From NCBI GenBank assembly GCA_951406725.2, contig OX597825.1, positions 49,104,001 to 49,168,000 of the forward strand: a stretch of 64,000 bases of DNA, given 5' to 3'. Position numbers and translations under genes: made by a program. Positions 25,181 to 38,474 of this stretch are shown in pieces. The first letter of the stretch is position 1. Each line of letters opens with the position of its first letter. Below the pieces are notes generated by a model. It did not search any database and had not been told where the DNA came from. It saw only the letters and a list, made by a program, of their open reading frames with translations. The stretch comes from Octopus vulgaris (lineage: Eukaryota).

Positions 25181-25984
25181 ATGTTAGATGTGTGATGAAC
25201 AACTAAACAGAAAACGGTGTGTGATATAGGAATCTGAGTATTAAGAATTTATTTTATCAAATGCTACTTAAAAAAAAAAATCAAAGGGTCTGTTTATAAA
25301 AATATTATTTATGTAGTATTAAGACAGTTTAAGTATGTATTAACTAAAATTTGACTGAAATTAATGGGCGAGCGTTTGGCCAATCAGATTCGCATGAAGG
25401 CATCAATTTGTGGGTTCGATTCAGCCTGACGTTAGCTCATCGTTTTTCGGTTATTTGTTTATATTGAAAAATTGTCGCTTCAAAATCGGAGAATAAATAT
25501 CATTATGATTTTATATTGTATGCAGTTATTATACAGTTATCATACTATGAGCTTCCATAATAGCATTCTCAATAACATTTAGTTAGTTCGGACTAAACAG
25601 CATTTGTTTTAAAATGTAGATTATATAAGGGAAGACCAAGAACAACTTTGCCAGTAGTCGTAAGAAATGAGCTCGGGATAATCTCATCCACACCGCCAGT
25701 ACCGAGAGATCACTTATATAATTGATACACGGGGGTGCAGAAAACAAGACAAAATATGAAAATCCCAAAAAGGGACCTATCCACAGCTCAATGCACATGC
25801 TCATATAAATAGACAGCCAATTGAAGTTCTTGGATTGTATTGATCACCAAGCGACTGCAGCACTCTCGTATTTGTGGATTACTGAAAACAGATTTCGAGT
25901 AATAGTATAACTTGTTTAAAAACATTTGGTTGTCCCTACTACTTACTTGTATTTTAGGATTTTAAAATACTCAAATGTCTCCAA

Positions 25985-26465
25985 TTAAGAAAATTTGACG
26001 TGAATATCGCATTGATTAATTGTCTTATGGGTTTATTGCTTCACCTCAGAAGAGTAAATTACTTGTGTGCGACTAAACTTTAAACAATAAAACCATGAAA
26101 TATTCACGCTTAAAATATCATTTATATTCTAAACATCCTGACCAGAAGGAAAAAGCTTTGTCAATTTTTTTACAACTTCATTCGAAAGCGGAAAACGTTG
26201 ATTTCAAAATTTCAGAAAGCCGGAAAATAACGGGATGATTGCGTCGTACAAAATTACGTTACTGGTCGCATGGTCGGTATGACTTACATATTAATTCGAC
26301 CTGATAGTAATGCATAAAAAGCTTGATACAGTTATCATCACAATTTCACTTAATAATAAAACAATTTCCCGTCGTATAGGAGAAATGGCCACCAACATCA
26401 AACATCAACTCATCCATAATCTCCGGAGTTCTGAATGTTCCACACAAGTTAACGAATAAACTTCG
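25985..26465 (+). pseudogene. hAT (Charlie/Buster-like) transposase fragment
   Basis: Manual translation: KTMKYSRLKYHLYSKHPDQKEK; ASYKITLLVA; ISLNNKTISRRIGEMATNIKHQLIHNLRSSECSTQVNE. These resemble the MKPS.LK.HL..KHP and LSNNTVSRRI motifs. Confidence 0.7.
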
Positions 26466-27136
26466 CAGTAGAACTCTTGATTGACGGTCTGGCCCTGGAG
26501 GGGGTGAATTTTCGATGCAAAATATCTCGGATGTTGAAGAGCGTTACTAAGTTTTTTCTATATGAAGATTCTCTCGATCTCATATGTGTAAATATATATG
26601 TTTATATGGATATGTTAGATAATTTGTTTTCATGAAATGTAAAAGTCACTATAAATGTTCGATTGTTCAATTTTTGTTATACTCTGATCTCATTTATATC
26701 TTTTTATTTCCCCCGGTGTCTTATTATCGGTGATTTACCTTTTATTTCATTAATTTATTATTCCTTTGATTCTATATTCTTTAATCGTTGTATACTTTAT
26801 TCTATTGCTTACTTGCGAAGAAGTCTCCGTTATCTCTTGGTTCCTTATGCACCTATGATGGATCAAAACTCTTTGTATAGCATCTCATCTCATCGATCGA
26901 AACGAGTATAGTGGCTACGAATAAAGAGTCATGTGTTTCTATTTGCTTTCTCTCATATATTTTATAAATTCTACGGACACAAAGAAATTCCTGGAGTACA
27001 TCCAACATCATCTCTCTCCATGTTGTTGTTGATATCAGTTGGCCGAATACGGTGAACGGGGTTTTATAAGCATACGACAAGGTGGATACGTGAATATAAA
27101 ATTTTATGTCTATCTATCTATCTATCTATCTATCTC

Positions 27137-27218
<82 letters not shown>

Positions 27219-27230
27219 CATCTATACACA

Positions 27231-27285
<55 letters not shown>

Positions 27286-27289
27286 TATA

Positions 27290-27570
27290 AGAGGTACTGG
27301 TATCTAGAAGTCCCAAAGGGTGGCAGGTAACGCTAAGTAAGCGCTATGGACAGACCGTAGTTAAACTCTTGGTCGATAGTGATACAAGCGAGGAGTATAA
27401 TGTGGGTCTTGTATTAGCATGCGTATATATATATTTGACAAAATGAGATAACAAAGCCAAGGCTGTGAGGAGGTTTCAGGAAACAGCTGTAAGACTACAT
27501 CTATATATTTTCCCTTATAAATGTCCTGAAAACTCCTCACAACCTTGGCTTTGTTATCTCATTTTCTGTG
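27290..27570. repeat. Inverted-repeat PLE-type end (arms about 27438-27482 and 27522-27565) with a half hammerhead at the inversion junction
   Basis: aaaatgagataacaaagccaaggctgtgaggaggtttcagg is mirrored by cctgaaaactcctcacaaccttggctttgttatctcatttt; GAAACAGCTGTAagac lies at 27480-27495. Confidence 0.75.
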
Positions 27571-27579
27571 ATATATATA

Positions 27580-29095
27580 CGCAGAACCTCGCTAATAGCT
27601 TAGAAGTGAAATTAAGATTTATCGGTTTTCTATGAATCGATTTTAATAAAATTTTCCTCAGCTGGTTTGCACACTATAACAACACAGTTGTTCTGTTTTC
27701 ATTATTCTGTGTAACGTCTTCTCTTTTTTATTTCAGCTTCTTAAATTTTAGGGTGAAACACGCTTATAGCGTCTTTCCTCTCTGAGAACAATTGGACATG
27801 GCAAAGGCGTTAATGATGAAGAAAAGTCTGTCATCATCAAGGGAAGTGCTTAAAGGCACCTCTCTTCATGTCATTGCGGAGAAGTTGTTAGGTCATTATG
27901 TGGATAATGTTAGACGATTCCTGAATGACCCATCGCCAAGGAAGAAACGATCCGATTGTGTGACCTCGAAGACTGTGGTATTTAAGAATTTAAGGAATAT
28001 TGGCTGCAAGTTACGTTGGAGATCTGGACAAACATATAAAGCCATTTTCATGGTTTCTGGACTTCCTAATGTACCAAAAAACACCAGAAATTGCATCCCC
28101 GCGACCATGGCTTCGGTGCGAGAACTCCTAAAACAGCTTTCTTTAACGTCACAGGAGTTTGAAGTTTACATGACGTTAGACATGAGATGTGTACTGTTCA
28201 CTGATGAAACCAGGGCGATCCTTGACGGACCCGACGGTGGGGCAAATGGCTGGGTCTATTTTGGAGATGAGTGTCACCAACGATTACGACATCAACAACA
28301 GGGTGGAGGAGTCATGTTGTGGGCTGGTGTCATTGTGGACAGACTTGTTTGCCCAGTCAGGGTGCCTGAAGGGTTTAAAGTGACCGCAACCGTCTACTGG
28401 AATCTCCTGAAGTAGGTCGTGGACCCTTGACTACATGACATATTGCTACCACTTCTAAGGAATATCGTATTCATGCATGACAACGCTCACTCTCTCACTG
28501 ATAGAACCACCCAAACATTATTGGGTCTTATTGCCTACAAGGTGAAAGGTTGATGGTGTGGCCTCCAACATCTCCGGATCTAAGCCCTATCGAAAATCTT
28601 TTGCCTATCATTAAACAAGACGTTTATGCCGATGGACGCCAATTTACGTCGAATGATGTCTTATGGGCGACCATCAAAGCTGCAGCAGAAGCAATCCAGC
28701 TTGCTACAATTAAGAAATTGACAGATTCTATGACTAATAAGTTTTTTTAATATATCCGTCGAAATGGCGCTGATGTGGCTAAATAATTCATTATGTCAAT
28801 AAATGTTATGATATTATTATGGTTTTCTGTATGCTTAATATGTATCATTATCCTTCATTTTCTTAAAAAACAATGTCTAGATGGGCTATTCTCATTCAAA
28901 AGCTTTTAGCGTGTTTCACCCAAAATCTGAAGAACCTGAAATAAAGAAGAAAGGGCGCTACACAGAATAATGAAAACATAACAATGGTGTTGCCGCACTG
29001 TTCAAATCAGCTGCGAAATTTGTTATCAAAATCGATTCACAGAAAACCCATAAATCCTAAATTTCACCCCTAAGCTATTAGCGTGGTCCTGGGTG
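27580..29095 (+). mobile_element. Tc1-family DNA transposon with about 190-bp TIRs, inactive
   Basis: Long imperfect TIRs (about 27580-27770 and 28902-29095) flanked by TA. Transposase motifs VLFTDE, QGGGVMLWAG, FMHDNAHS and WPPTSPDLSPIENL. Confidence 0.92.
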
Positions 29096-30005
29096 TATGT
29101 ATACTTACACGCACACACATACAAACATAAACACATACATATACATAATTCATACACACTTATATATACGCATACATATATTTTGACTATACATAAGATA
29201 AAATTGACTCCACACAGTATGTCAACTGGAGTAATCGCTAAGCTGCCTAATATTTTAGGAAAATGGGAAGTTCTGACAGTTGCTGTTGGGTAGACTTTTT
29301 ATTTTAACTAAATAAGAAGCTCATTGCTACAACTTTCCTACAAATCAAGTCTTTTCTTTTCTGTCAGTTTTATGGACTGGAAGGTAATCTAACCTGTTTT
29401 ATATTAGCTTGTCTGAATATTTGTGTATATGTTTGTCTCTGATTATCTCTACAGGCTTCTCGGTGAGTACGTAACAGTATATGAGTATGTGTGGATTTGC
29501 ATATGTCTCTTCGTGTGTGTTTGTGAGTTTCTATGTATGTTAGCGTTACTATGAGTCTCACTGTGTATCTGTCTAAATGTTTCTGTGTCCTTGTATGTGT
29601 CTATGGATCTGTGTAATTGTGCATTTCTGTTTGTGAATGTGTCAATGTGTGTATATGCTGCTGTTTGATTGTGTGTATCTGTGTGTGTCTATGTGTCTGC
29701 TTCTGTGTGCATGTGTGTGTGAAGGTACGGGGGAGTGTGTGGGTGTGCGTGCGTTAATCTTTGTGACTCTATCGGTGTATCTCCATTCCATTTTTTTCTG
29801 TCGCATTATTGCCCAGTTCATTTCTTACTTTGCTTGTTTTTCTGTCTTTTTGCAGACGAATGAACTAAGTGAGAGTAAGAGAGGAGCCAGGAAATAGTTT
29901 TTATTAAGCGGTAGAAAATAATTAAGAAAAAAAGAGTAAGAGAAAGAAACGGAAAATGTTACCAAGTAAGGGAAATAGAAAAAACAATGTACAGAGAGAG
30001 AGAGG

Positions 30006-30045
<40 letters not shown>

Positions 30046-30761
30046 TAGAGAGAAGGAGAGAGAGTAGAAGAAGAAACAAAGCGCAAAAAGAGATAAAAAG
30101 AGGAGAGAGAGGGGAGATGAGAGAGATGCATTCAAAGACAGAGTTAGACATACTTAGAGAAAGAAGTAGGGTGTTAAAAGTGAGGATAAAGCAGCGGTTA
30201 GAGAATGCAGCGATGAACAGATGTTTGTGAAATTATTTCTCCAATGTAGTGTGTTTGAATGCGTCAGACACGGTTTGAGGCTTTACATACAAGGTGAATA
30301 TTCCAGTGAATTTGTCAAAACAAAAACATTGAAATGTTAATGAAATACACTGCAGCAAACGTTTAAGTGTGATTGTTGTTACTGAATTCCTTGCCTTGAT
30401 TTAACTACACGAATTACATGTATAACGCTTATTTTTATCGACCTAGGAATGATGAATAGAAGCCTAGATATTAGTGTCATTTGAACTTTAAACTTACACA
30501 AAGCCGAACATTGTATTTAACCCAATATTGCATTAAGCTACTACTCGAATATCGCTTTTACCCCCATAAGCTTACGCAGAAAACAATAACTATTTGTATT
30601 TATAATTACTTAGAACAATTCTAGAAAAACATTGCTTATTTATCTAAGTGGTGAAAGTAGACCGAAGCTGCTGAGATGATTAGGTGTCTGGCTATTTATA
30701 ACCTTATAACTTTTACTTTCGTATACTCTATTTTGTAAGTTCAATTGATAGTTTAGAAACA

Positions 30762-31375
30762 ATGAGCTGGCACAATCGTTAGCACGCCGGGCGAAATGCG
30801 TAGCAATATTTCGCCTGCCGCTACGTTTCGTGTTCAAATTCCGCCGAGGTCAACTTTGCCTTTCATCCTTTCGGGGTCGATTAAATATGTACCAGTTACG
30901 CACTGAGGTCGATATAATCGACTTAATCCGTTTGTCTGTCCTTGTTTGTCTTTTCTGTGTTTGGCCCCTTGTGGGTAGTAAAGAAATAGGTATTTTGTCT
31001 GCCACTACGTTCTGAGTTCAAATTCCGCCGAGGTAGACTTTTCCTTTCATCCTTTCAGGGTCGATAAATTAAATACCATTTGCGTACTGGGTCGATCTAA
31101 TCGACAGGCACCCTTCCCAAAATTTTCGTGCATTGTGCCTAGAGTAGAAAAGAATATTCTTGTGTTATATAAGGTGTCGAGCAGCCAGAATCGTTAACAC
31201 GTTGGGAAAAATGCTTAGCGGCATTTTGTCAATCTTTACGTTTTGAATTTAAATTCCGCCTTTCATCCTTTCGTTCTCCTTAAAGTAAGTACCAGTAGAG
31301 TAATGGGTTCGATGTAATCAAATTCACCGTCTCTCCGAAATTGGTGGATTTGTGCTAAAATTTGAAACCAATATT
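30762..31375 (+). mobile_element. Three tandem or nested copies of tRNA-derived SINE family B
   Basis: Repeated gttcaaattccgccgaggtc(a/g)actttgcctttcatcctttc...taccag motif at about 30830, 31010 and 31245. Confidence 0.8.
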
Positions 31376-31487
31376 CTTGTGTTATATATGGATTTACTCT
31401 GAGATTGTCTGTCGGCATTATAACAGTTCTATCACTATAGAATAATATTCACTTTGTTATTATTAAGACAACAGTGCATGCCGATAA

Positions 31488-31531
<44 letters not shown>

Positions 31532-31779
31532 GTAGTAGTAGTATTAATATTGTTGTTGTTGTTATTGTCGTCATAGCTGGCAGCGTGTTTTTCGAGCGCT
31601 GTAAGTTTAAGACTTATTCAATTGTTTAAAAGTTTCTATACTGCATTTCGTTGTTTAATTCGTTTTGCAAGCTAGCTTCCCATCTGGGGTGTGTGTGTAG
31701 AGGTGACGTTTGTTAACCAAAGCCCCATTTTTGGGGTGATAGAAACCTTTGTGTTTTCAAATTTCTTCGAAAATTTGCT

Positions 31780-32160
31780 TCGAAGAAATTAAACACTGAA
31801 AATGGCGATGAAAAGCGGGAGTGAAGAAGGAAGGTGGTAAGACACTGGACACATGTCATTTTCCATCCAAAATTTCAAGGTACGTCGGCATACTCCACGA
31901 CTTCTATCCAGCTTTGCTCTTTCATGATATTCAATAAGTGTATCGTACTCTTCCTTCGTCCACTTATGTTTGCTTCTGCGCACACCATGTATGTGATCTG
32001 TTGTAACAGAACGACAATCCGAGAACAGATCACTGCCCCTGATGCGGGCGGTTTCGAACATACCGGGCAGGAAACCTTCACCATGATCGGCTACAGCTTC
32101 GTTCTCGCCGTTAAATCTTTCGTGGGGTTCCCACGAGAGTTGTTATTGAGATCCCATCCT
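31780..32160 (-). pseudogene. R4/Dong-type LINE N-terminal ORF fragment
   Basis: KHKWTKEEYDTLIEYHERAKLDRSRGVCRRTLKFWMEND resembles the R4-clade N-terminal KWT.EE...RGYRKRM..IW motif. Confidence 0.5.
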
Positions 32161-32593
32161 TCTCTTCCTTTCTTTCTTTTTATATACACGTGCACATGTA
32201 TGTACAAACACACATATATAAATAACATGCTTGCATTGAGTCGCCTCCATAACCACAGAGATTATCATTACCACCATCGTTCTAACTATGGCATTTAAAG
32301 TTATCAATAATATATTGAGGCAGATCTTCGTCACTATTGCTCATATACTCGGCAAGCGTTCTTCTTTCACTCCTTATATAATGGTCCCTTATACAATGGT
32401 CTATTCTACTCAGTCCTCTGCCACCATTCTTTCTTTACGTATAACGTTTGTTTACGTTTGCAATTAACACTTAATATTATCTTTTGTGCTCCCTGTATGA
32501 GTGGTAATCCATGGGTCATTCACAACTAATTATTGTTCCTTTACTGGTCATTTCAAGTGCTCCCACAGTCACTGGTTTTGTAACCGTCTTGAG

Positions 32594-32656
<63 letters not shown>

Positions 32657-32659
<3 letters not shown>

Positions 32660-33070
32660 TGAGAGAGCAGGGCATGCCATCAAAGTGACACTAGAGTAAA
32701 ATATACGAAGCCCAGTATACCCATCATGACTACCTGTCTTATAAGGTTACACCAGGCACATGCATCACAACCATATGTGCAAATTAAGCAGTGCATTGCC
32801 TTGCAGGTAGGGCTCAGTTAGAATTTTTTTCTGGTTGAGTAGCCATCCCGCTCAAAAGGTCCTTGAATAAGGGTTGTTTAAGGATGTTGAACGAAACACC
32901 CATGTTTCCAGAGGTGAATTATGCAAACCCCAAAGAATCCCTCTTAACACAGGGCTATGATGCTCCCCAACTACTTCTGCTCGTGATCAGAGATGCCCAT
33001 ATCGTCAGCCACTAAGGGAGATGCTCAACTGGTTTCGGTCAAACAACTGACAAGCAAATCTGTGGTATTG
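32657..33070 (-). mobile_element. Interspersed repeat ending in a (TAA)n tail (second copy at 43150-43585)
   Basis: Long similarity to 43150-43585. Both copies abut (TTA)n on the left, which is a (TAA)n tail on the minus strand. Confidence 0.7.
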
Positions 33071-33851
33071 ACAGGCCGTCAAGCATACAATAATGTATAA
33101 GTGTGTACAAACAAGGAGTATGCATGTGAGATAAAATACAGCGCATAAAAAGTGTTTACATCAGGACGTTAGAATTTCAGACACGAGATGAAGTTAAATA
33201 CCAGTTCGTAGTGAGATACACAATAGTTGGAATCCTTACAAGATGTAGAGGTCACAAAGCAGAGCCGGTTAGTACGCGTGTAGAGGTTTTGGTGCTATGC
33301 TGTGTCGGGTTACTTGGTACAGAAAGATCTCGCAGCTTGAGCTAGCTGTTAACCTTAGTGAGTATTCACAAACAGCGTGAAGTTAAACCTGAGCAGATTG
33401 CTGTGTACGTATTGATGTTGGTGGCGTCGATAAACTGAAGGCAACGATCTGGAGACGACGTTAAGATTGAAGGTGACGTTAAGATGAACGCGTCGATAGT
33501 GAAGGTCCTGAATACTGCTGGTGGCGTTGTCGTTCGCTGGAACTGGCTGTCTGTCGCTGGAACATGGCTGCGTCGCGGGAACTGCCTCAGTGCTCTGTGG
33601 TCAGTGGTTGGAGAACCAAAGACGCGCGATTCGATGAATCGCTGTATTTTATAGGAAATTGTAGTCTCAAACAGAGCTTTAGAAATGCAGTGACACGGGA
33701 CCTTATCAGAAGGCTGCGATTGGTTGGGTCGCGCGAAATAAAGCAAGAGACAAACTGCACCAAAACCAACCATTCATAGTAGTGGACACAACTGGGCCTA
33801 AGCGACCAAAGGTTGGCTGTTATCTGCTACGTCCATATTTATGTTATATAT

Positions 33852-33910
<59 letters not shown>

Positions 33911-33949
33911 AATTTCACTAAGCTCCGCTATAATATCATATGCTTTCTT

Positions 33950-34610
33950 AAAGTCAATCGAAGCCTTTGTCATGACTGCATGATGTTATCTACAATTCCT
34001 CAAAACGGGTGATCCTTTGTATCCTGAGAACACTCCCTGCATCCTTTTTGTACCCTTGATAGTGTTTCTCCCTGTTCCTGGAAAATGTATGTGTTCGCAG
34101 CACATATTCCAGTGAATATCTTCCAGATTATTCTTAGGCATTCTATGAGACTGTAGCTTCCCAAAATATTCCCCTTTCTTCTATTTTTCGTTAGAAGTGT
34201 TACAACTGTTGTCCTCCCAGTAACCATCCACGCGGGGACTGTATCTTTTGGGGCACACTCATTCAATCGGGCTGCTAGTCTTTCATGCATCGCGTGGTGT
34301 CTCTTCAGCCAGACGCTATGAATCGCATCTGGTCCGGGAGCTTTCAAGTTAGGCACTTCAACCACATGTTCTTTCACATTACCCGTGCTTATACCAATTT
34401 TCCTTTGTTTCTTTCCGCCTTGTAGTTCTGTCTTGATAGTCCCTATTCACATTGCTTCCCTTTTATGTACCACACTGCTTCCTGAATTCCTTGGCTTGAT
34501 TTGCATCAGGAGCAATATATTCTCCATTGTCTCAAGAAGAGCTTCGAGTTATTTTTGAATAATCTGTTCTCCTCGAACTGCTTATTTCTGTTTACGAATC
34601 TTCTGATCAC
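33950..34610 (-). pseudogene. R4/Dong-type LINE reverse transcriptase fragment
   Basis: ORF 34000..34377: NLKAPGPDAIHSVWLK...VPAWMVTGRTT...YSLIECLRIIWKIFTGI...QKGCR. Confidence 0.85.
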
Positions 34611-34644
34611 CTATTATTATTATTATTTATTATTATTATTATTA

Positions 34645-34711
<67 letters not shown>

Positions 34712-34769
34712 CATCATCATCATCGTCATCATTATCATCGTCATCATCATCATCTTTATCATTATCTAG

Positions 34770-37270
34770 AAATTTTATTTTAATAACGTACTTTCACTTC
34801 ACTACCGAGCGCTTGTGGTTTGCTGTGATGCTCTTATGGTTACTGTATTGAAAGTGTTTTGCGTAGCATGTGTACAGTGCCCATTAGGGCAATTTTCTGT
34901 ATGTTATTTATATTTGTAAGTCCTGGAGTTTTTGTTATGTATTTGTCTGAATATTTTTTATCACACCGAATGCAGCCACTATAATAGGAGTTGCTTCTGT
35001 TTTTAGATTCCACATTAGAGTTACCTCTATTTCCAGGTCTTTGTATTTTGAAAGTTTCTCCATTTCTTTTGGAGAAACGCTGTCATATGCTGGTATTAAA
35101 ACATCAATTAGAAAGCATTTTTTTCTTCATGATCTCTGCCAACTATATCTGGTCTATTGGCCTTCATTTCTCTATCTGTGTATATTGGCATATCCTGTAG
35201 TATGGATTCTTTCTCGTTTTCTGTGACCTTTTCTGGTGTGTGCTTATACCATCTTTTTCTGTTGGTATTCCGTAGGGTTGGCATAGCTTCCAGTGTATGT
35301 AGGTCACAACTCTGTCGCGTTTGTGAATATATTCCTTCTTAGCCAGGACTGGGCAGCCAGAGATATGATATATTGTTTTTTGTCCATCGCCATATATTCT
35401 GCAGTTACTTGTTATGTTTCTTTTCTTTATATGATTTTTGTAATTTCTGGTGGGGAGGCTTTATTCTTGTGCTGCAATTAAAAATCCTTCAGTCTCTGCA
35501 TTGAGCCCAGAGTTTCTCAACCATTGCTGGTTTTTTTCTCTGTCTATTTCTTTTGCGTTTAATTTAGCCCAGTATTTGCCATGAAGGGGCTTTTCTTGCC
35601 ATCGTTTTATCATGGTTCGTAGCTGTTCTATTTTTAGTTTGGATTTCATTTGTTTTATAGCTTTTGTTTCTTCTTCTTCTTCTTCTTCTTCTTCTTCTTC
35701 TTCTTCTTCTTCTTCTTCTTCTTCTTCTGCTTCTTCTTCTTCTTCTTCTTCTTCTTCTTCTTCTTTTACTTTTTCTTCTTCTTCTTCTTCATCTTCTTTT
35801 ACTTCTTCTTCTTCTTCTTCTTCTTTCCAAAATTCTTCCACTTCTTCTGCTATTCGTGCTGCATTGATGTCTATTTTATCTTTACTAATTTCCTGGTAGA
35901 ATTCTTTGGGGTCAGATTTGAACAGTTTGTTTTGTTCAAAGAAACGTTGGCGTTTCTCATACCGGCGGATCCTTTGTGCTTTGGCAATTATATCCTGCTT
36001 TAGTTTTTCTTTTAACTCAGGTAAATCTTTTTCTGTAATGTATTTGCACAGTTTTTTTGTTGCCTTCTTGTTGCTTAGTAGTGTTGATTACCTACTAATT
36101 TCGTTAAGAATCGACAGATCTTTTCACTTTTTCTATTTTTTGGATATTGTTTATCCTCAGGGTTTGTTTGGGTGATGGTATTCCTGTTTGGATGGATTTG
36201 AGGGAGTATCCAGCTTCTTTTGTAGCTGCAGTGGCTTCTGCATATTTTATGTCATTTAGCTCGGTGATGTTGACATTTGTTTCTGACGGCCAGGTTCATG
36301 CTATTTATTATTGATGTTGTTTTATTGTCTATTTTGATTTTTGGGTGGTATAATCGGTGGTCTAGTCTGAGATCTGTGGTTTTCTGTTCTTTGATTATAC
36401 TCATTTTCATAGTATCATAATCATTAGGTTCCCCTTCACTGTTTCCAGCTTTTAGATTAGTTTCGCCTTTCTTCTCATTCATATGTTTGTCAGTAGTGGT
36501 GCTTTTTGCACATTATTATACATTCCTACGGTCTGGTTTTGTTGTCTTTTGTTGTTTACTTCGCTTTTGTTGCAAATGTTACGTCTGTCTTCGTGTTTTA
36601 CTATCTCAGTGTTTGTAATATTTGACATTGCAATGTGGCTACTATCTACATTTTCCTTATGCATTTTACCTTTTAAATGTTCTATTTCTATTTCTGATAT
36701 ATATATTTTTTTGACAATTTATCTTCGTATGTTAGCTAGTGTATTAGGATTCATTGCTGTATCCAAGTCTTTATTTAGGTTATTTTTTCTTCCAGATTTT
36801 ATATGTATATGTAGTTGTGCTTTCGGTCTTTGGGTAGAGCACTGCTGTAAAATTAGCATGCAGGTTTGAAATATATTCCTCATGTGTCATTTATGCCTTT
36901 TTACTTTTATTTGCGGGACATGAGGAACAACGTACGGCTCATTATTTTGACGGTCATTATCTTCGTAAGGCACCGGTTCGTTCATTTCTGTTGTTAAATT
37001 GTTTTGCACGTGTAGTTCTTCGTACTTTTTTGTAACAAGTTTAAAGTACGCACTTCCCGATTGTTATTCTTGGGTTGGGTTGAATAATACCGGTATTATT
37101 TAATTTATTTGTAATTTTTTGGTACATGGTGTTTGGGGCCGGAAATGGTCTGTTGTTGATAGATCGTAATGTGTCGAGCGTGTTTACATGTGGTGTGCGA
37201 GCAGTGGAGATGATATCCAGTTAAAATACATTATTTCATTTGGAAAATAGAAATAAATTTCAATGAGTAT
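34770..37270 (-). mobile_element. R4/Dong-type LINE copy lacking the RT domain
   Basis: 34770-35665 is highly similar to 41822-42750 (WQEKPLHGKY...LNAETEGFLIAAQE, endonuclease, 3' UTR, TAA tail). It is joined through a (GAA)n tract to N-terminal region sequence; the far boundary is approximate. Confidence 0.8.
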
Positions 37271-37401
37271 TAATTAGTCGGATATAGTGCAACTCTTTGT
37301 CAGCTATCTTTGACTTCATGCGATGTCTTCATTTCCGATGTTTTTGGATAAATTTCAGAGGAGTGTTTTGTCGTTCTCACATGTTAAACGTCCCCGGTGT
37401 C

Positions 37402-37479
37402 TTTCTTCTTCTTCTTCTTCTTCTTCTTCTTCTTCTTCTTCTTCTTCTTCTTCTTCTTCTTCTTCTTCTTCTTCTTCTT

Positions 37480-37509
<30 letters not shown>
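37402..37509. repeat. (CTT)n microsatellite
   Basis: Seen directly. Confidence 0.97.
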
Positions 37510-37510
<1 letters not shown>

Positions 37511-37529
37511 ATAATATTGTTATTATTTT

Positions 37530-38468
37530 CATTATTATTGTTTTCAAGCGTGATTGTTCCTTTGTTTGCCTTGGACAAGATATCTCGAGAACTGTTGGAT
37601 GGATTCGGATGAAAATTTCAGGGATGTTTGGCCTCGTGATTGGCACGAACTAATGAAACTAATTAGATTTGGGGATCGATCCGGTAATGGAGAAGGATTC
37701 TGGATTGGTTTCCACATGAAGTACGGCGGCGTTGCTGTTTCCAAAGTTTTATTTTCGTTTCTCTGTTATTAACTTTAGTCGAGTCTCTATCTTAGTAGAA
37801 ACTGTTGGATGAAAGAATCAAAGTACATAAACAAACGGCAGTAAAACCGTTGAGAAATTAACTAACACTAACATATTCAGTAACAATAATGAATTTAATT
37901 TATTCTCAACGGTTTTCAGTTTTACCAATTTTGAATATATCGCTACTGCTTAAAACTTCTTACCTACTTGATGATTGCATTTGTAGCTTTACCTCTCTGA
38001 TTCGCTTTTTTGTGCGCAGCGATGTTGTTAAACCTCCGTTAAAAGCACTGTATGCTGGTCCCTTCCCTTTTCATTCACGCACGGATAAAGTTTTCACTTT
38101 AGACCTCAATGTTCGTAAAGACACTAGGAAGTGGATAGAATGGAAATGGCCTTCATAGAAAAAATGCCACTGTTCCTACTGCAGACGACACGCACACAGC
38201 ATTACAATCACGGCCTGCACACCCACCTTCACATTCCATGACTACCATTTAGGTCAAGAAGGTAACAGACAAGGATTCTGGATTATGTTTCCGTATTTTT
38301 GTTACTTAATTTTTTTAGAATGGTCGGGTTTATCTTTAGCATTCTCGTTCGTGAGAGAAGTCGAGTTCATTTTTGATACTCTCATTTTAAAAGTCATCTC
38401 CTGTTAATCGTTGAGAGGACGTTGGTGTTGCCTTGGCGGAGGTTTGCGCTCTCTGAATGCTCTTGTTA
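37530..38468 (+). mobile_element. Non-autonomous Helentron/HINE (DINE-1-like) element
   Basis: 3' end ccttggcggagg followed by the hairpin gcgctctctgaatgc and a T-rich end. Internal ggatggattcggatgaaaattt and gatttggggatcgatccgg blocks resemble HINE cores; the 5' subTIR is not found. Confidence 0.55.
37995..38160 (+). pseudogene. Gypsy-type integrase C-terminal (GPY/F module) fragment
   Basis: FFVRSDVVKPPLKALYAGPFPFHSRTDKVFTLDLNVRKDT resembles VFVR.D.V..PL...Y.GPF.V..R..K.F. Confidence 0.65.
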
Positions 38469-38474
38469 TTATTA

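Noticed and set aside
26850-26915. Hammerhead-like atgatg gatc...gatc GAAAC ga GTA
   Set aside because: The core lacks CUGANGA and stem I is unconvincing; it may be a relic but cannot be supported.
30762-31375. Regularly recurring repeats resembling a CRISPR-like array
   Set aside because: Units are long degenerate SINE copies in a eukaryotic context, with no constant repeat/spacer periodicity and no cas genes.
33075-33850. GC-richer segment with ORF 33366..33773, possibly an LTR-retrotransposon 5' internal region
   Set aside because: No recognisable gag/pol motif, paired LTR or clear primer-binding site.
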